Shown here piece after piece: positions 12,454 to 25,045 of a stretch of DNA of 64,000 nucleotides. The first letter of the stretch is position 1; every line of letters begins with the position of its first letter. Position numbers and translations under genes: made by a program. This DNA is from Xylographa opegraphella (Eukaryota): the NCBI GenBank assembly GCA_022813865.1, contig JALDZX010000030.1, positions 1 through 64,000 of the forward strand, given 5' to 3'. The notes under the pieces are model-generated. The model searched no databases. It saw nothing but the letters and a program-made list of their open reading frames with translations, and had not been told where the DNA came from.

Positions 12454-13075
12454 GGTCACAATAGCTGGAACTTTGGCAAAGAGAACATTTGCAGAGGAGG
12501 ACTGTCGATGTCATAACTAGATACCCCACACAGTGTCGGACAACGTTCGCGGTCCGTAGTGCCATGCCGGTTAATTCCCCAGTGGGATACTTGGCCGAGA
12601 TTGCGGGGAATGGTGTAGAGCAGCATGATTGGAATATGTCGAGTCAAGGCCACAATGATGAGACGAATCTCGACAGCAGCCGGCAACCCAGCTTCCACCA
12701 ATGGCGAGCGCCGTACCGCGTGGATGAAGTCAACGACGTCGAGGGAGCCAGCCAATGAACATGACGACGGCAGCATTATTATAGTGTAGCTGGCGGAGAG
12801 AAATTGCCGTGAGCGACCTGCAATTGATTTGCTCTCGTGCTGTATGCAACCTTGACATACAACCATAATGCCTGGGTAGTACTGTATGCCTTCCTCGTGT
12901 GCAAATCAACTCCCTTGGGTTTTGTATGCTTCACCGTCGAGGTATCCAGTGGTTGTTCTGTTATCCTCATTGTATTACAATGGCTCTCGTACTTCGCGGC
13001 ACAACGTCTATTCTTCACTCAAGAGTATCCCTGCCGTAAAATCGCTCAAACCTGCCAAGTGATCAATACGAAGGT

Positions 13076-13822
13076 ATGATGGAAGACCCGATTGCACCCA
13101 CAACGTTACAATCGGCCACGGCCAAACAGCAAGGTCCTACGTCTTGCCTGCCGTCATCGGCCGCTCTCATCACCAGAGTCAAAGCGTTTGTGCACACATA
13201 CATGTCCCAACCCCAATACGATGCTTCTCACGACTACAATCACATCCAGCGCGTTCTCGCACTGGCCGAACACATCCTCTCCGTCGAGCAAACTGCGAAC
13301 CCTTCCGTTTCCTACGACCCGACCATTGTGACCCTCGCAGCACTGATGCACGACGTGGGAGACCACAAATACCGGGCTACGATCACATTGCCTGGCGACG
13401 AACCCACCACCCTCGTCAGGACTAAGTTGATTGACCTCGGGGTACCACCGTGTCAAGCTCGCTACGTCCACACAATCGTGAAGTCGATCTCATACAGCCA
13501 CGAGACACGGGACCCAGTTCATGTCCAAAAGGTGATGCTGCAACATCCAGAGCTCGCTATTGTGCAGGATGCAGATCGTTTGGATGCACTGGGCGCTGTG
13601 GGCATCGGGAGAACATTTACATATACTGGGGCCAAAGGCAAACGAACTGAAGATGGGATGCAAGAAACGATACGGCATTTTGAGGAGAAATTGGAACGAC
13701 TCGTGGGGATGATGAAGACCGAAGAAGGTAGGAGGCTGGGGAAAGAGAGAACGCAGAGACTGAAAGTGTTCAAGGAGTGGTGGGAAGAGGAGAATACTAT
13801 GTTGATGAGCACGGACCTGTGA
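13076..13822 (+). CDS. HD-superfamily metal-dependent phosphohydrolase
   Basis: DASHDYNHIQRV, LAALMHDVGDHKY, IVQDADRLDALGAVGIGRTF, HFEEKL; intronless 248-aa ORF. Confidence 0.9.
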   Translation: MMEDPIAPTTLQSATAKQQGPTSCLPSSAALITRVKAFVHTYMSQPQYDASHDYNHIQRVLALAEHILSVEQTANPSVSYDPTIVTLAALMHDVGDHKYRATITLPGDEPTTLVRTKLIDLGVPPCQARYVHTIVKSISYSHETRDPVHVQKVMLQHPELAIVQDADRLDALGAVGIGRTFTYTGAKGKRTEDGMQETIRHFEEKLERLVGMMKTEEGRRLGKERTQRLKVFKEWWEEENTMLMSTDL

Positions 13823-16800
13823 CGATCTGGATTACTCCACGAAGCGCATAGTTCGCGGAACGAATATTAAATAGACCACCAATCAAGCACCAGTTAAATC
13901 CGAACACCAAAAGCCTCCACAGCCATATGCAAGAAGGAATGCCATATCATACCCCTCATTCCTCCCAATCCGACTCCAAATCCCAGAACCCGAAGCATCA
14001 GCATGTCTCTACGCTCAACGCTCCCAAGGAAGTATCACCTCGGACGCGTTGGACTGGTCACAGCAACTTGGTTTAAACAGACCGGCGCGGAAAGGGTGAC
14101 AGGACATGAGGGGTCACGGTGGCACTACTTTCATGGTGTAGCTCCATGTGCTCGAGCTATCAATCGGAATAGAGGTTCTCAATTGATGGCTTCGGACATC
14201 CTGTCAAGACGCCGTCACCACTCATTGGCTTCCTTTCGCGGTCTCGAAATTTGAATCCTGCCTGTCAGTCGTAGCCATGGGGAGAACGAGGGATGGAGGT
14301 GCAAGATGGTGGCGGTAAAAGGATTTGAGCAAAGGACGATTTCCGCATGTGCGATTTGCAGATCACTATATTGGCGTAGGGGAGATGTCCGCTGGAAATC
14401 TTCCGGCTCATCTGAGTCCCCGTATGAGAGCGTGGCGTGTCCCTGCCTTTGTCTGGAGGGGGTTGAGGGATGGATCACGATCAACGCAGAGCTCGGTAGC
14501 TGTAGCGTGAAAGCAAAAGGTTTGGTTGTTTCGTTGTTAGGAGGATCACAAGCTCTTGGAAATATATCTACACTTTCACAACCGGCAGCGAAGCACAACA
14601 CGCCCACTTCGGCTGTAGTGTAGAGTAGGGAAAATGCAGAGGGATAGATGTGCCTTTATGATAGGAGGAATTACATGACCGTTGGAGAGCGGGCGTTCGA
14701 ATTGGTCGATGTTCTGCACAGGAATAGTCCGTCATAGGCGGCCCAATAACTCAGCCCCTATTTTCCGTTCGCGGAAGAGTCGTAGTCGGTGACGCGACTG
14801 TACAGTTATGTAGGGAAATCAAACGAGCAGTGCTGACGGTGGCATTCATCGGATATGCCTCCAGGTGCTGCTGCCACTTCTGGGATGCTTGTTCACGGGC
14901 GCGAAATCTACCCGAGAGGCGCCGAGTAGTGCGCATCTCGAGGACGCGTTCTGTCGTGTTGTCGTCCTCGAGCTATCCCATTCGAAAGAGGAAAGCGATG
15001 AAATTATAGGCGCAACCGCATCCGCCTTTCTACGCAGGCCGGAACGGTCGGCAAGCGCACAACCCCACGCCCTCCGTTAGGGATTGCGCACCATGATCGG
15101 CTGCTGGGTCCAGCTTCACATTCTGCGAGGCTGGCCAGGTGCAGGAGTTCTCCCGTCAACGATGCTTGGCGGCTTCCCACCGCCGTCAAAGTTTTGTGGG
15201 GACTAATGCAGCGGCAGACAGATGCAGGAAAGATTATTGGAATCCGGAAGGTGAGTTAGCCGTCCACTCGTCCACTCGTGGTCGGTGTCAACGGCTATCC
15301 AGATCAGATATTATGCCAGATGGAAGCTCAGACAGTTGGCAGCTGCTACTATGGTATTTACCTATTGAGCAAGGATGTCACATGCCAAGTGGCCGAGCAG
15401 AGCGGCGCGACTCACTGCGGATGCAACCGAGTCGTCCGCCGATCTGCCTTTCAAGTGCCGGGTCTCGCCGAAAGATAGAGTACTGACGAGGGTGCTTCAT
15501 CTCATTTTCTCCCCTGCAACGGAACCGCTGTCCGATTTGCTTCCCGGCGGCGCATGTCTCAGGCTCTTCGCCTGAATGTTGGAATGGATGGAACGTTGAT
15601 ATGGTTACATGGGAGTACAGTAATGTGTAGTCACTTCTCCCTACCTAGTACCCTACCTACCTACTTAGGAGGTAGTCAGTTTCCTTCACACTACCGAGCT
15701 CGCGCTGCCTAGGCTTTGACTAGGTAGTCCGAGACCTCCTGAGCCGTACGGAGGTAAGGTTCGCAGTACTGGACAAGATTCTATCTATACTACCTATACC
15801 GTACCTAGTAGCTCTGCCTTGGAGCGCCGGGTAGCGGGGCGAGAAGACGTTGCCGTCCCGCGCCGACTCCCCTGGCCCCTCGGAGTCTAGCTTACCTTAC
15901 TCCGTACAGTCACGTCGAAAGCAGGTGTGCGGTGGAGAGGGAGAATAATGGCGCTTGGTGGCCCAGTAAAAGTAGGTACCTAAGCCGACGAAGCGTGCAG
16001 GCTCCGAGTTTCGTGTCGGTTGGTGGATGGAAGGGTTGGTGCATATTCGGTGGTATTACTGATTACTCCGGACCAACCTTCTCAATGACTACCTACCTTT
16101 CATAGGTACCTTAGCTACCTGGGTAGCTGTGGAAACGTGCTCGTGCATGAAGAGGTGTGCAGACTTCCCACGGGCAGGGGCCCACCTGGGACCGGCCTCA
16201 AAGGCAGGCTGCCAAGCCGAAGTCTAAGATCGAGGCCACTCGTCGATGAATGACGGAGTAGCGGGGTTGTTGCAAGGTGATTGTTCTTATAAAATTCAGG
16301 AGACTGATAACGCTGGAGGAGTACTAGGTATGTCAGGTATCTGATTGTGTCCCAGAAGCGCGTCTGTGATTTGCGCCGTCAAAGTGCAACTTCTTGGCCC
16401 TCCTTCACGTGGATGGAAGATCCAGCTGTGTATCGGGCGATTAGGCGAATCGATGCGCGCTGGTGGAGCACCGATTTGAGCTGGGGGGAAGCGAAGAGGC
16501 ATGTTCTGCCGTTCGGTACGACCGCTAGCCCGCTAGCCCACTAGCCTTGCTCGCTGACCACCGGGACCAGCCCATTCCGTAGCAGGGTTGGCCGAAGAAG
16601 GACCACTAAGGGAGTTCGGACCCGGTGGCTGGCGCCCAAGCGACATCGCACACAACGGTCCCATGTTTCCCGGTCGCCCTTTTGGCACCACACGCCGTCC
16701 GGGCTCGCTCGATATGCGGTCCGCCTGCACATGGGGACACTGACGGGTGGAAAGCCTTCATTCCCTACCTCTTATTCCTGCAGGCTTCCTTTCGCATGCT

Positions 16801-17349
16801 ACCGTTGTCATTGAAACGGGCCGGGTCGAGGGCCGACGAACGATGTACCACCTACCTTACGTACTCCGTTGTAGTAGTCGTGATCGGTGCTGCTTGAGGG
16901 GCGCTGCATGTGGGGGAGAACCCGCGCAAAAGAGTTTGTGGCCTCAGGACCGTAGTTGCTAGCACGCTCCGGCCACAAATAGGACGAGCTTATCGCCCTC
17001 GTCAGGAGACCAATGATGAGGGCGGCTTGATCTGGGCCACCCTAGGCCCCTTTCGGGCTGCTCTCCCCCTGGCGTGATTGGCGGGCTTCGTGGCCTCCAT
17101 CCGTGGAAGCGTCGTCGGTGCTAGCCTCCGATCGGCGTGCAAGTCCGCTACTGTCCCACTTGTTCCACTCGTCCCCCGTCGTCCACACGCTTCCGTTCTC
17201 TTTGGTAACGACCGGCTCGTTGCTGCACTCTTCCGCCATCGAAAATAAGTCAGTCCCCCGCCAGGTATCTCTTCTAGCGTAGGATCTGGTTCCTCTTTCC
17301 CCCCCTCCCCCGCCCATGCTCTGAAACTAAATGATGGAAACTGGTTGTC

Positions 17350-17373
17350 TTGGGAAGTTGGGAAGTTGGGAAG
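17350..17373 (+). repeat. 3x TTGGGAAG tandem repeat upstream of veA
   Basis: Three perfect 8-bp copies, followed by C-runs at 17386-17405. Confidence 0.9.
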
Positions 17374-17936
17374 AGTAAGGTAACCTCCCCCCATCCCCCC
17401 CCCCCTAGCCCTGGCACCGAATAAACGTGCTTGGAACTTGGGCCTGGCGCTGCGTTGGTTGCGACTCCATCCGTAGGCTTGACCCTCCCCGTCTGCCGTT
17501 CGTCACCTGCGTAGCCACACCATTGGTCCTTCAAAGCCTGGTCCGCTTGCTTTCCATGTCCCCATCCCCATTATTCCCCCCCAATCCCCACCCGGCCCAG
17601 CCTGAGCCAGCACAAACAAACCTCTTCTTCTCATCTCGTTTGCGAGCTGAAGAAGAGCGGCCGAATAATCCATAATACTGTACCTCCGTATCCCCTTCAC
17701 CGATTCAGCTGTCCGCGCTTCAATCCTTGACTCGTCAACTCTCGAGTACGGTTCTGCCGTCCAGGACCTTGCTACGTTCGCATCCATCTCCCAGACCTCG
17801 ACCTCCGTTCCTCGTGTCCACTACTGCCAACCTCTGACGTGGCCAGCAACAGCTCTGAAGTCTCGGAACGATCCATTGCATCCGTATGAGCTCTGATCGT
17901 GTGTACTGAAGACGGTCGCGCTCGCGGGCGCAATCT

Positions 17937-18086
17937 GTAAGTCACGCTGTGTGCGCTTCAATTCTCGCAGAGATTCCTCCATTCCCATGCACGTATTCTG
18001 CTGCCGATAGCAGATAGCAGATCCTCCGTGCCCAAAATCACTCACTGCGCAAGTCCTGGCTGCTCCAAAACTGACGCACGGTGCAG
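17937..18086 (+). other. probable 5'-UTR intron of veA
   Basis: GTAAGT donor at 17937, CTGAC branch point at 18071, TGCAG acceptor at 18086, ~127 nt before the veA ATG. Confidence 0.55.
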
Positions 18087-18212
18087 CATCTTACATTCAC
18101 GGTATCGGCCAAATCTCCGCTTTAATTGTTCCGGTCCTTCCATCTCGCTTTTCAAACACTTCTTAACCTCAGCACATCCTTCAGACCGTTGGACTCGTGA
18201 ACGCGTCCCACG

Positions 18213-20072
18213 ATGGCCAACATCATTGCCGTCAGCAACGAGACGAACAGCGACATGGTGCGCATGACGAGGGATGGGAGGAAGTTGACGTATCGGATGA
18301 AGGTCTTGCAGCAACCTCAACGTGCTCGGGCCTGTGGCTCAGGTGCCAAATGTAAGTCGTCTCTCGAACGCGAGAATCCTTCCGGCTTCAAGGTTGCCTA
18401 ACGGTGCTTGACATACACAGCCTCTGCCGACCGTCGTCCGGTTGATCCACCGCCAGTGGTGGAGCTTAAAATCTTGGAGGGTGACAACGATACCGATATC
18501 ACGTTTTCCCACAATGCCAATTTCTTTCTCTACACCACCCTGGAGTCTGCCAGGCCTATCGCTCAAGGACGTGGCAGCTCCTCGCAGGCTCCATTTCCGG
18601 TCCTGACCGGCATGCCGGTTGCTGGTATGGCTTATCTGGACCGTCCGAGTCCCGCAGGTTATTTCATCTTCCCAGATTTGTCGGTCCGTCACGAGGGGAA
18701 GTATCGGCTGAGCTTCAACTTGTTCGAGGAGTTGAAGGAGGATAAGGATGCTGATGCGGAGCCAACCTTCAGCGGTCCCGACAATTCGAGCAACACACTC
18801 CTGAGGAGCAGTCCCATGGCTCCTCAGGCTCATGTGCACTTCCGCTTAGAAGTGAAGTCCGAGCCCTTCGTGGTGTACAGCGCCAAGAAGTTTCCGGGTC
18901 TCGCAGAGAGTACGCAGTTGAGCCGTGTGGTCGCCGAACAGGGCTGTCGCGTGCGAATCCGTCGTGATGTAAGAATGAGACGCCGTGATACCAAAGCGTC
19001 CAAGGATTACGATGATTACGACGAAGAGGGAGCTGCACATACACGTCCGGAGCGCTTTGCCACCCCGGATGGCTACTCCCAGCAAGCGGTACCGGATCGT
19101 GCGCGCTCAGTCAGCAACGCGAGTGTTGAGGCTCACCCGCCATATGCGACGATCGAGCGTCGTCCATCAGTCCACGAGATCAGCTATTACAACCAATCGA
19201 CTCATCCACAAGCGCCTGTCGCTCAGTTGCCTCAAAGTGCATCGAGCGCCTACAGCTCACATTTGTCATTTGGGGGACCATCCACGACTGTCTACCAAAC
19301 TCCTGCTTTGCCAGCGAATAACACATCAATCCACCCACCGGCTTCCGGCTTTGTTCCTGCGACGTCCGGATACGTGTACCAACCCACCGTCCAATCCAGA
19401 CAGATGGCCCCGCAACAAAACTATGCCTATCCACCTGGCCAGTCGTTTCAATATCCGTCACATGCTCCACCTCAGCCATACGGCGAAAGCACCGAGTACA
19501 AGCCCGTTGCAGACTATCGCAGGCCTACCAATGCTCCCACATATCCAGGGTCACACCCAACTTCCACCTTGACCTCCGAGAGCCGTAACCCGCCCGTGCA
19601 CCTGAGCTACTACCCACAGCTCACAGCAAGCAACGTACCTCGAGCTGCAACGCCCAACAGTGCTCAGGTCCTGCCACCTCTGAAAGCATTGCAGCCAAAC
19701 GCTCAACGAAAGTACGAGCAGCCACCAACCAGCTCGGTTCCTGGATCGGGACCGGGATCGATCTCGTCCACCTGGGCAGAGCCTGGTTCAAGCCCATATG
19801 CTTATGCGGCGGCGAGCCAGAAGTCTTCGGAAGTGGCAGGCCGCTCTGCAAAGAGGTCGTTCGCAGCTGTGTTTGACACGGCACACATGAATCAACCTAT
19901 ACACGGCGGCATGCGTCCCAGCATGGCCAATCAGGGTCAAGATGTCTCGCAACTCGAGTTGGACGATGGGACTTTGGAGGACGAGGATGATATGCCCAAC
20001 TTCAAGCTTCTTTCCTACAGGCGGGCCGATGGGAGCAGGAAACACAAGAAGTGTCCCTCGCCCATATCTTGA
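18213..20072 (+). CDS. veA: velvet-domain developmental and secondary-metabolism regulator VeA, 2 exons
   Basis: LQQPQRARACGSGAK|SSADRRPVDPPPVVEL (intron 18352-18420), GYFIFPDLSVRHEG, SAKKFPGLAESTQLSRVVAEQGCRVRIRRDVRMRRR, Pro-rich region, C-terminal YRRADG. Confidence 0.97.
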
Positions 20073-21326
20073 CGGATGCAAGCTCAAGAACTATCGCCAG
20101 TGGCTAGTATCAACCGACGAGTCTGCTTTCAAGGGGTTCTCGGATGAGGAGTAGGGATATCTGGGGACAGAAAAATGATCTTGTCGTCGGTTACTGGATC
20201 GTATGAGAATGTTGCAACCTTCACGTCAAAGCGACGGTGGCGTTTATTCTGGTGCTCGGGGTGGTGGGCCAGCGTGTTAATTCGACGTGGAGAGTTTGCT
20301 ATCTGTCATGTACTGGCAATCTCTGTTCTTTGTACTTCATTATCAGCCGTTCTCATTATCCGCTGCCTGCTCCGACACCATGTATCCATCTGGGTGGCCT
20401 TGTCAGGCAAAAACGCTCTTTTTCGAGTTGGGGTGGATCTTTGGCCTCGGGGACTGTGGTGAGAAATCAAGGGAGACGGGTTCACTTTGGCTTCGACCAC
20501 ATGGTCGTGCATTATTTCCCCTTTTATTTCCAGGCGATGTTTAGGACTTGGCTCCTCTGTAATGTAAAGCAGGACACAACAAACAAACAGGGTTCAGATA
20601 TGTGCTGTCGTACTGCCTCATACAACCATAAGTTTTCCCGAGCTTAGGGCAGCACAAGGAATTGTATGCGTGGTCAGGGGAAGCCTTAGGAGCTCGAGGA
20701 CCGCCACACGTAACCTGATGTTGGTGAGTGCATCACCTTGCCCTGTCTGGCGTAGGTAGACCACCTTAAGGTGCGGAGTAGTAGTCAATGCATGCAATTG
20801 CGGGCAGGGTTTAAGGGGGTGTATAGGGCTGGCTGTAATACCTTAGCTTGCGGATGTTTGCCGCTAAAACACGTCCCGCGCTTGGGGTGAAATTAAAGCC
20901 TCGAAATCTCCGGGCTTTCATATGGCGAATTCAACAAATGGTTCGCGAGGCGGTCGTGATGCGGTTACAATGTTCCTTTACTGTCCATCAACCACTTCTC
21001 CCCTTGTTTGTTCACGGCGTCTAACGGAGTTATGAGCTTGGGCCCATCTCAGTCGCTGATCCCAACTTCATTTGTTTACCAATACCCTCACTGTGAGCTG
21101 ACGCCGTGCTACAAAGCCCCTTCACCGATATTGTATTATCACGCATACCTACACTATTCTGTTCATACCTGGTTATTTGTACATGATTGAGGATCTTACA
21201 GTGTGGCCGTCGCAGCAAGTCTGAGGTGTGTTCTACTGTGAACACTGCTGATTCTACTACTATCGTGAGAGCCATGCTGAGCGGGGCAACCTGATTTAGG
21301 CTCTTGAACAACAGCCCCAAAGCGCC

Positions 21327-23624
21327 ATGGCTCACGATGGCGATCAGGCTATGCAAAGCTTCGTGCCCTCGAATTCAACTCGACAAAATCTACTATCAGG
21401 TCTCGGAGGCAGTGCACGAAAGCGGGCCCATGCAGACATTCACAATCCCGACGACGTTGAACATGACAAGGGCCAAGCCTTGATCAAGACCGAACCAGAG
21501 ATTGAGGAAGAAGAGCGGAGTGGGAAAAGGAGCCGGACAACAGAATGGCCCCTTCAAGATTCAACAGTGGTTGAAGCAACGGATTGGAAAGACCAGAAAC
21601 ATTCGAGGAAGTCGCAATCGCCTCAACGTAGGCGTCAGGTTAGCCGGTTTCATTGGTCGTCTAGATTTAAGGAGGGTAGTATGCACGATCGACCGAGCAA
21701 CCAACCACCAATCGAGTACCTCGGGCAAGACCAATTCATACAGGAGCAGCTCATGGAGCAGTATACGGCAGAGCGAGGCGGAATGAACGTGAGAACTTCC
21801 GAAGATCTGAATGCCTTGTACCATGCAGGTAATCAGTCTGCGAGGCCATCCAGTATGTATCGCTTCGGAAAGGCTCTAGTGAATGCTTTCAACCCGATTA
21901 TGGTCTGGCATGGTTTAAATGGGAAGTGGAAAGAGAAAATGGAAGAAGAGACGAATCCAGAGAAACGGGTGCTCGAACAGCGACGGGAAAAGGCCGAGAC
22001 CGCGTATGCTGAACTCAAAAGAGCTGGTTATCCAAGTACACAGAGCATGTCCACCGTGGACATATCTTCAGCTAGGCTGGATCATGACCGAACTTTCATC
22101 TCAAGTCGAGATTCTGGAATTGATGTAGACGGGTACTGTTCATCATCGGAGCGGAAGAGGGATGGGCATGTCTTTGATGCCGATAATATAGTCACGGGCC
22201 GAAAATCAAGTTCGGGCATCGGAGACTCTGTTAGCCCTGGTCCTGATATCCACACAGGTCCGAAATCAACACTTCACTTACGAAAAGGCTCGTTTACCAG
22301 CCTCAAGAAAGTGAAATCTCACCTCCAGCTTCCGACACCTCAACGACGACCCATCTCTCCAGCACCATCACCGTCAATTGAAGTCGACCAAATGCAGAGA
22401 TCTGCGGAAAAGCGGACAATCAGAAAGCAATTATCCAAGAAAGATCTTCAAAAACAACAGAAGTTAACTAAGAAGGTGAGCGATCTCGAGAGCAAACTTG
22501 AAAAGGCTCGACGTGAACTATATCAGTCGATGGATGATGTTCCGCCTGTACCGCCACTACCATCAACGGGAACTCTGAGACCATTCGTTCCTGGTGCTTT
22601 AGCTTCGCTGCCTTCGGAACGTCTGCTCAGCGGACATCTCGTCGGGTCTACTGCGAGTCTTGCCGATCCTGCAACATCCACGATGGAGCGTGGGACCGGC
22701 ACTTCCGAAGTAAATGTCGATCTGACAGACTCGAGGAGGCATCAGGCAGAGACACCGACCACAAAGAAGGCTCATAGACCCACCGGGTCAAATCTGAGAG
22801 CGGTCAGCACAGACAAGAGGAAGAGTGGCAATCCCGGGGAGGTATGGCGAAAATCTGCTCCGAACGACGAGGACCCGATTGGAAGTCCAACAGAGACAAA
22901 AGAGGTACTGAGAATGGAACCTGGAACCTCCACGAGATCGACCAAGGTCGACTGGCAAGAAAGTCAGAAATTGTCCAAAGGTGCTCACGATGACACTGTT
23001 CTCCATGAAATCACCAACAACTCCACAGCTAATCATGGCACCACGAAAGAAGTCTCCCCGAGCGGCAGGTGTGGGTTTGACCCTGTGAATGTTGATGAAA
23101 CGAAGGCGCTTGCACTGGAGGCAAGTTCTAATAGTGATGATCCCTTCGGCAATTTTGCGGACGATATTTGCAATCCGAGGAAAGTGTTTCCAAATATCAC
23201 TAATCATCAGATCATCAAGTATTTCCCGGTCATGGTCGAAGGTGGAAGGCAGCATCCTTTGCGAACTTCTTCCAAACACCTTCTGCCTACCGGAGGCACG
23301 GGCTTGTTGAATACGAGTGTCGTTTCTATAGAATCGCCAGATACTTTAGACCGTATACCCACTGTGTCGCCGCCAAAAGCGACCCCTTGGTCACAACGCT
23401 CGCTGTCTCCGCCTCCCAGTCACGATATTACAAGGCACATTGAGACTAGTCTTCGTAACTCTTGGGGCGCAGCTGTAAACGATGTGGTCCGAATCAGTCC
23501 CAAAAAGAACAACAACGTGCCACCTGTGCCCAAGGTTCCTAAGGCGCTCGGGGACCAGAAGGCCAAAGTGCTCGAAGAAGTAACCGAGAAAGAGGAGTGG
23601 CAGTGGGACGACGACGTATTTTGA
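21327..23624 (+). CDS. fungal hypothetical protein (largely disordered, short coiled coils)
   Basis: 765-aa intronless ORF. SRFKEGSM.DRPS, AETAYAELK, coiled coil KKVSDLESKLEKARREL, FVPGALASLPSERLL; ends WQWDDDVF. Confidence 0.8.
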   Translation: MAHDGDQAMQSFVPSNSTRQNLLSGLGGSARKRAHADIHNPDDVEHDKGQALIKTEPEIEEEERSGKRSRTTEWPLQDSTVVEATDWKDQKHSRKSQSPQRRRQVSRFHWSSRFKEGSMHDRPSNQPPIEYLGQDQFIQEQLMEQYTAERGGMNVRTSEDLNALYHAGNQSARPSSMYRFGKALVNAFNPIMVWHGLNGKWKEKMEEETNPEKRVLEQRREKAETAYAELKRAGYPSTQSMSTVDISSARLDHDRTFISSRDSGIDVDGYCSSSERKRDGHVFDADNIVTGRKSSSGIGDSVSPGPDIHTGPKSTLHLRKGSFTSLKKVKSHLQLPTPQRRPISPAPSPSIEVDQMQRSAEKRTIRKQLSKKDLQKQQKLTKKVSDLESKLEKARRELYQSMDDVPPVPPLPSTGTLRPFVPGALASLPSERLLSGHLVGSTASLADPATSTMERGTGTSEVNVDLTDSRRHQAETPTTKKAHRPTGSNLRAVSTDKRKSGNPGEVWRKSAPNDEDPIGSPTETKEVLRMEPGTSTRSTKVDWQESQKLSKGAHDDTVLHEITNNSTANHGTTKEVSPSGRCGFDPVNVDETKALALEASSNSDDPFGNFADDICNPRKVFPNITNHQIIKYFPVMVEGGRQHPLRTSSKHLLPTGGTGLLNTSVVSIESPDTLDRIPTVSPPKATPWSQRSLSPPPSHDITRHIETSLRNSWGAAVNDVVRISPKKNNNVPPVPKVPKALGDQKAKVLEEVTEKEEWQWDDDVF

Positions 23625-25045
23625 TGATAATAGCAGATCGTCTTGCGACGGCTTGTGGCTTGCATGGGATTGCTTTGGTAGGGTGGCTGGAGTAATGAGT
23701 AATAACGAAGGATGGAAGAATGACACCGGCTTTCGATACTCGGGCGATTGGGAGTTGGGCAACGGGTGGGCATTGTTGTATAGGTGGACGTCATTGCGCA
23801 GACGACAGGAGATGCTCGGAGGTTTCTGGACAGTCGAGGTGCACGGTGTCGTGCGCACCGCTCGATGTCGAGGCCTCACCATATCCACAGTTGCGGCTCA
23901 GCGCATTCCGCATGCATATAGTATTACACATGAGAGAGCTCGGTGCTATCCCGCTCGCTGAGGATGTGAAGCCGAGCTTCGGCCAACAGGCTCAATAGCT
24001 TCAAAGTTCGTATCACGAAGTACCTTCCAGAAGCCTTCACTCATCACGCTGTCAAACACTCTTCCTCTGTGTGTGATCACCGCTCGCCAGTGAACCTCGA
24101 CCCCGGACACCTTCATCGCCCAGTCTCTCCTCCCCGACTTACACATCATCCCCCTACTCCCCAACACCCCCCCTCGTCCCTCTCAGACCTCGTCCTCTGC
24201 TCTATGCTTCCCAAGAAACCCTCCCCCTCCCTCTTCCGCCTTCGGCAGTCCAAACCACACGCAGTCACCAACACAAAGACAGGAGGCGCGCGAGCCTGGA
24301 AGCACGCGCCTCCCTCGTCGGAGCCGGACGACGGCGGTGCAAGTTGAGCGTGAGAGGCAGCGATACTCCGTCGCGATGGTGCATGTGCAACAGGCTAGGG
24401 CGGAAGAAAGCCTCGGAGGGAGGAGTGTGTTTCTACTTTGTAAAACATGTCAGGGGGAGAGGCTGAGCTGGCAGAAGATTGAACTTCCTGTGACGTGGCG
24501 GTATGAGTAGGGAGATTCTGGCTTTTGGTGGGGCGAGAATATTTGAACCTTCTGGGGCAGGAGGTTGGGAGCTGGCGTGGATGGGAGAGATGATGGAAGC
24601 GGAGCAGCTGTTATATATCCGGAGCAGAACAAAGAAGAGACGGGGGAGGTGAAACATCGAAGCTGCTTCTCCGGCGGCCGGCCTCTGTGATGGTTTCAGA
24701 ATTTTGGAGACTTTGTATGCGCAAGTCAAATTCGACGTTCAATGTCCCCAGCGCACACATACCTGGACTTGGTGGATGCATGAACAGGAATTGGTGAAAG
24801 ATAGAGTAAGGAGATACGGTGAGCGAACATCCAAGATATAGAACAGGGAGAAACAAACAAGCGAGCCCTCCGCCCCAAAATCCCCCCCTGATTGGAACCC
24901 CCCTCGTTGTATATCGAGGCCAAACGCGTCTCACGGACAAGCTATACACAAGCCAAGTGCGCGCGAACACCATCAAAAAGGTGTTGAAGCAAACCAAAAT
25001 CATTCACCCAACCCCCCGCGCGAACCCCCCCCCCCAGTTCCTCGC

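Noticed and set aside
14003..17800. Many short ORFs upstream of veA
   Set aside because: Mostly non-ATG starts, no domains; expected by chance in GC-rich DNA.
24130..25003. Minus-strand TATA (~24615) plus CT-rich tract and short ORFs
   Set aside because: No coherent ATG-initiated spliced product could be built.
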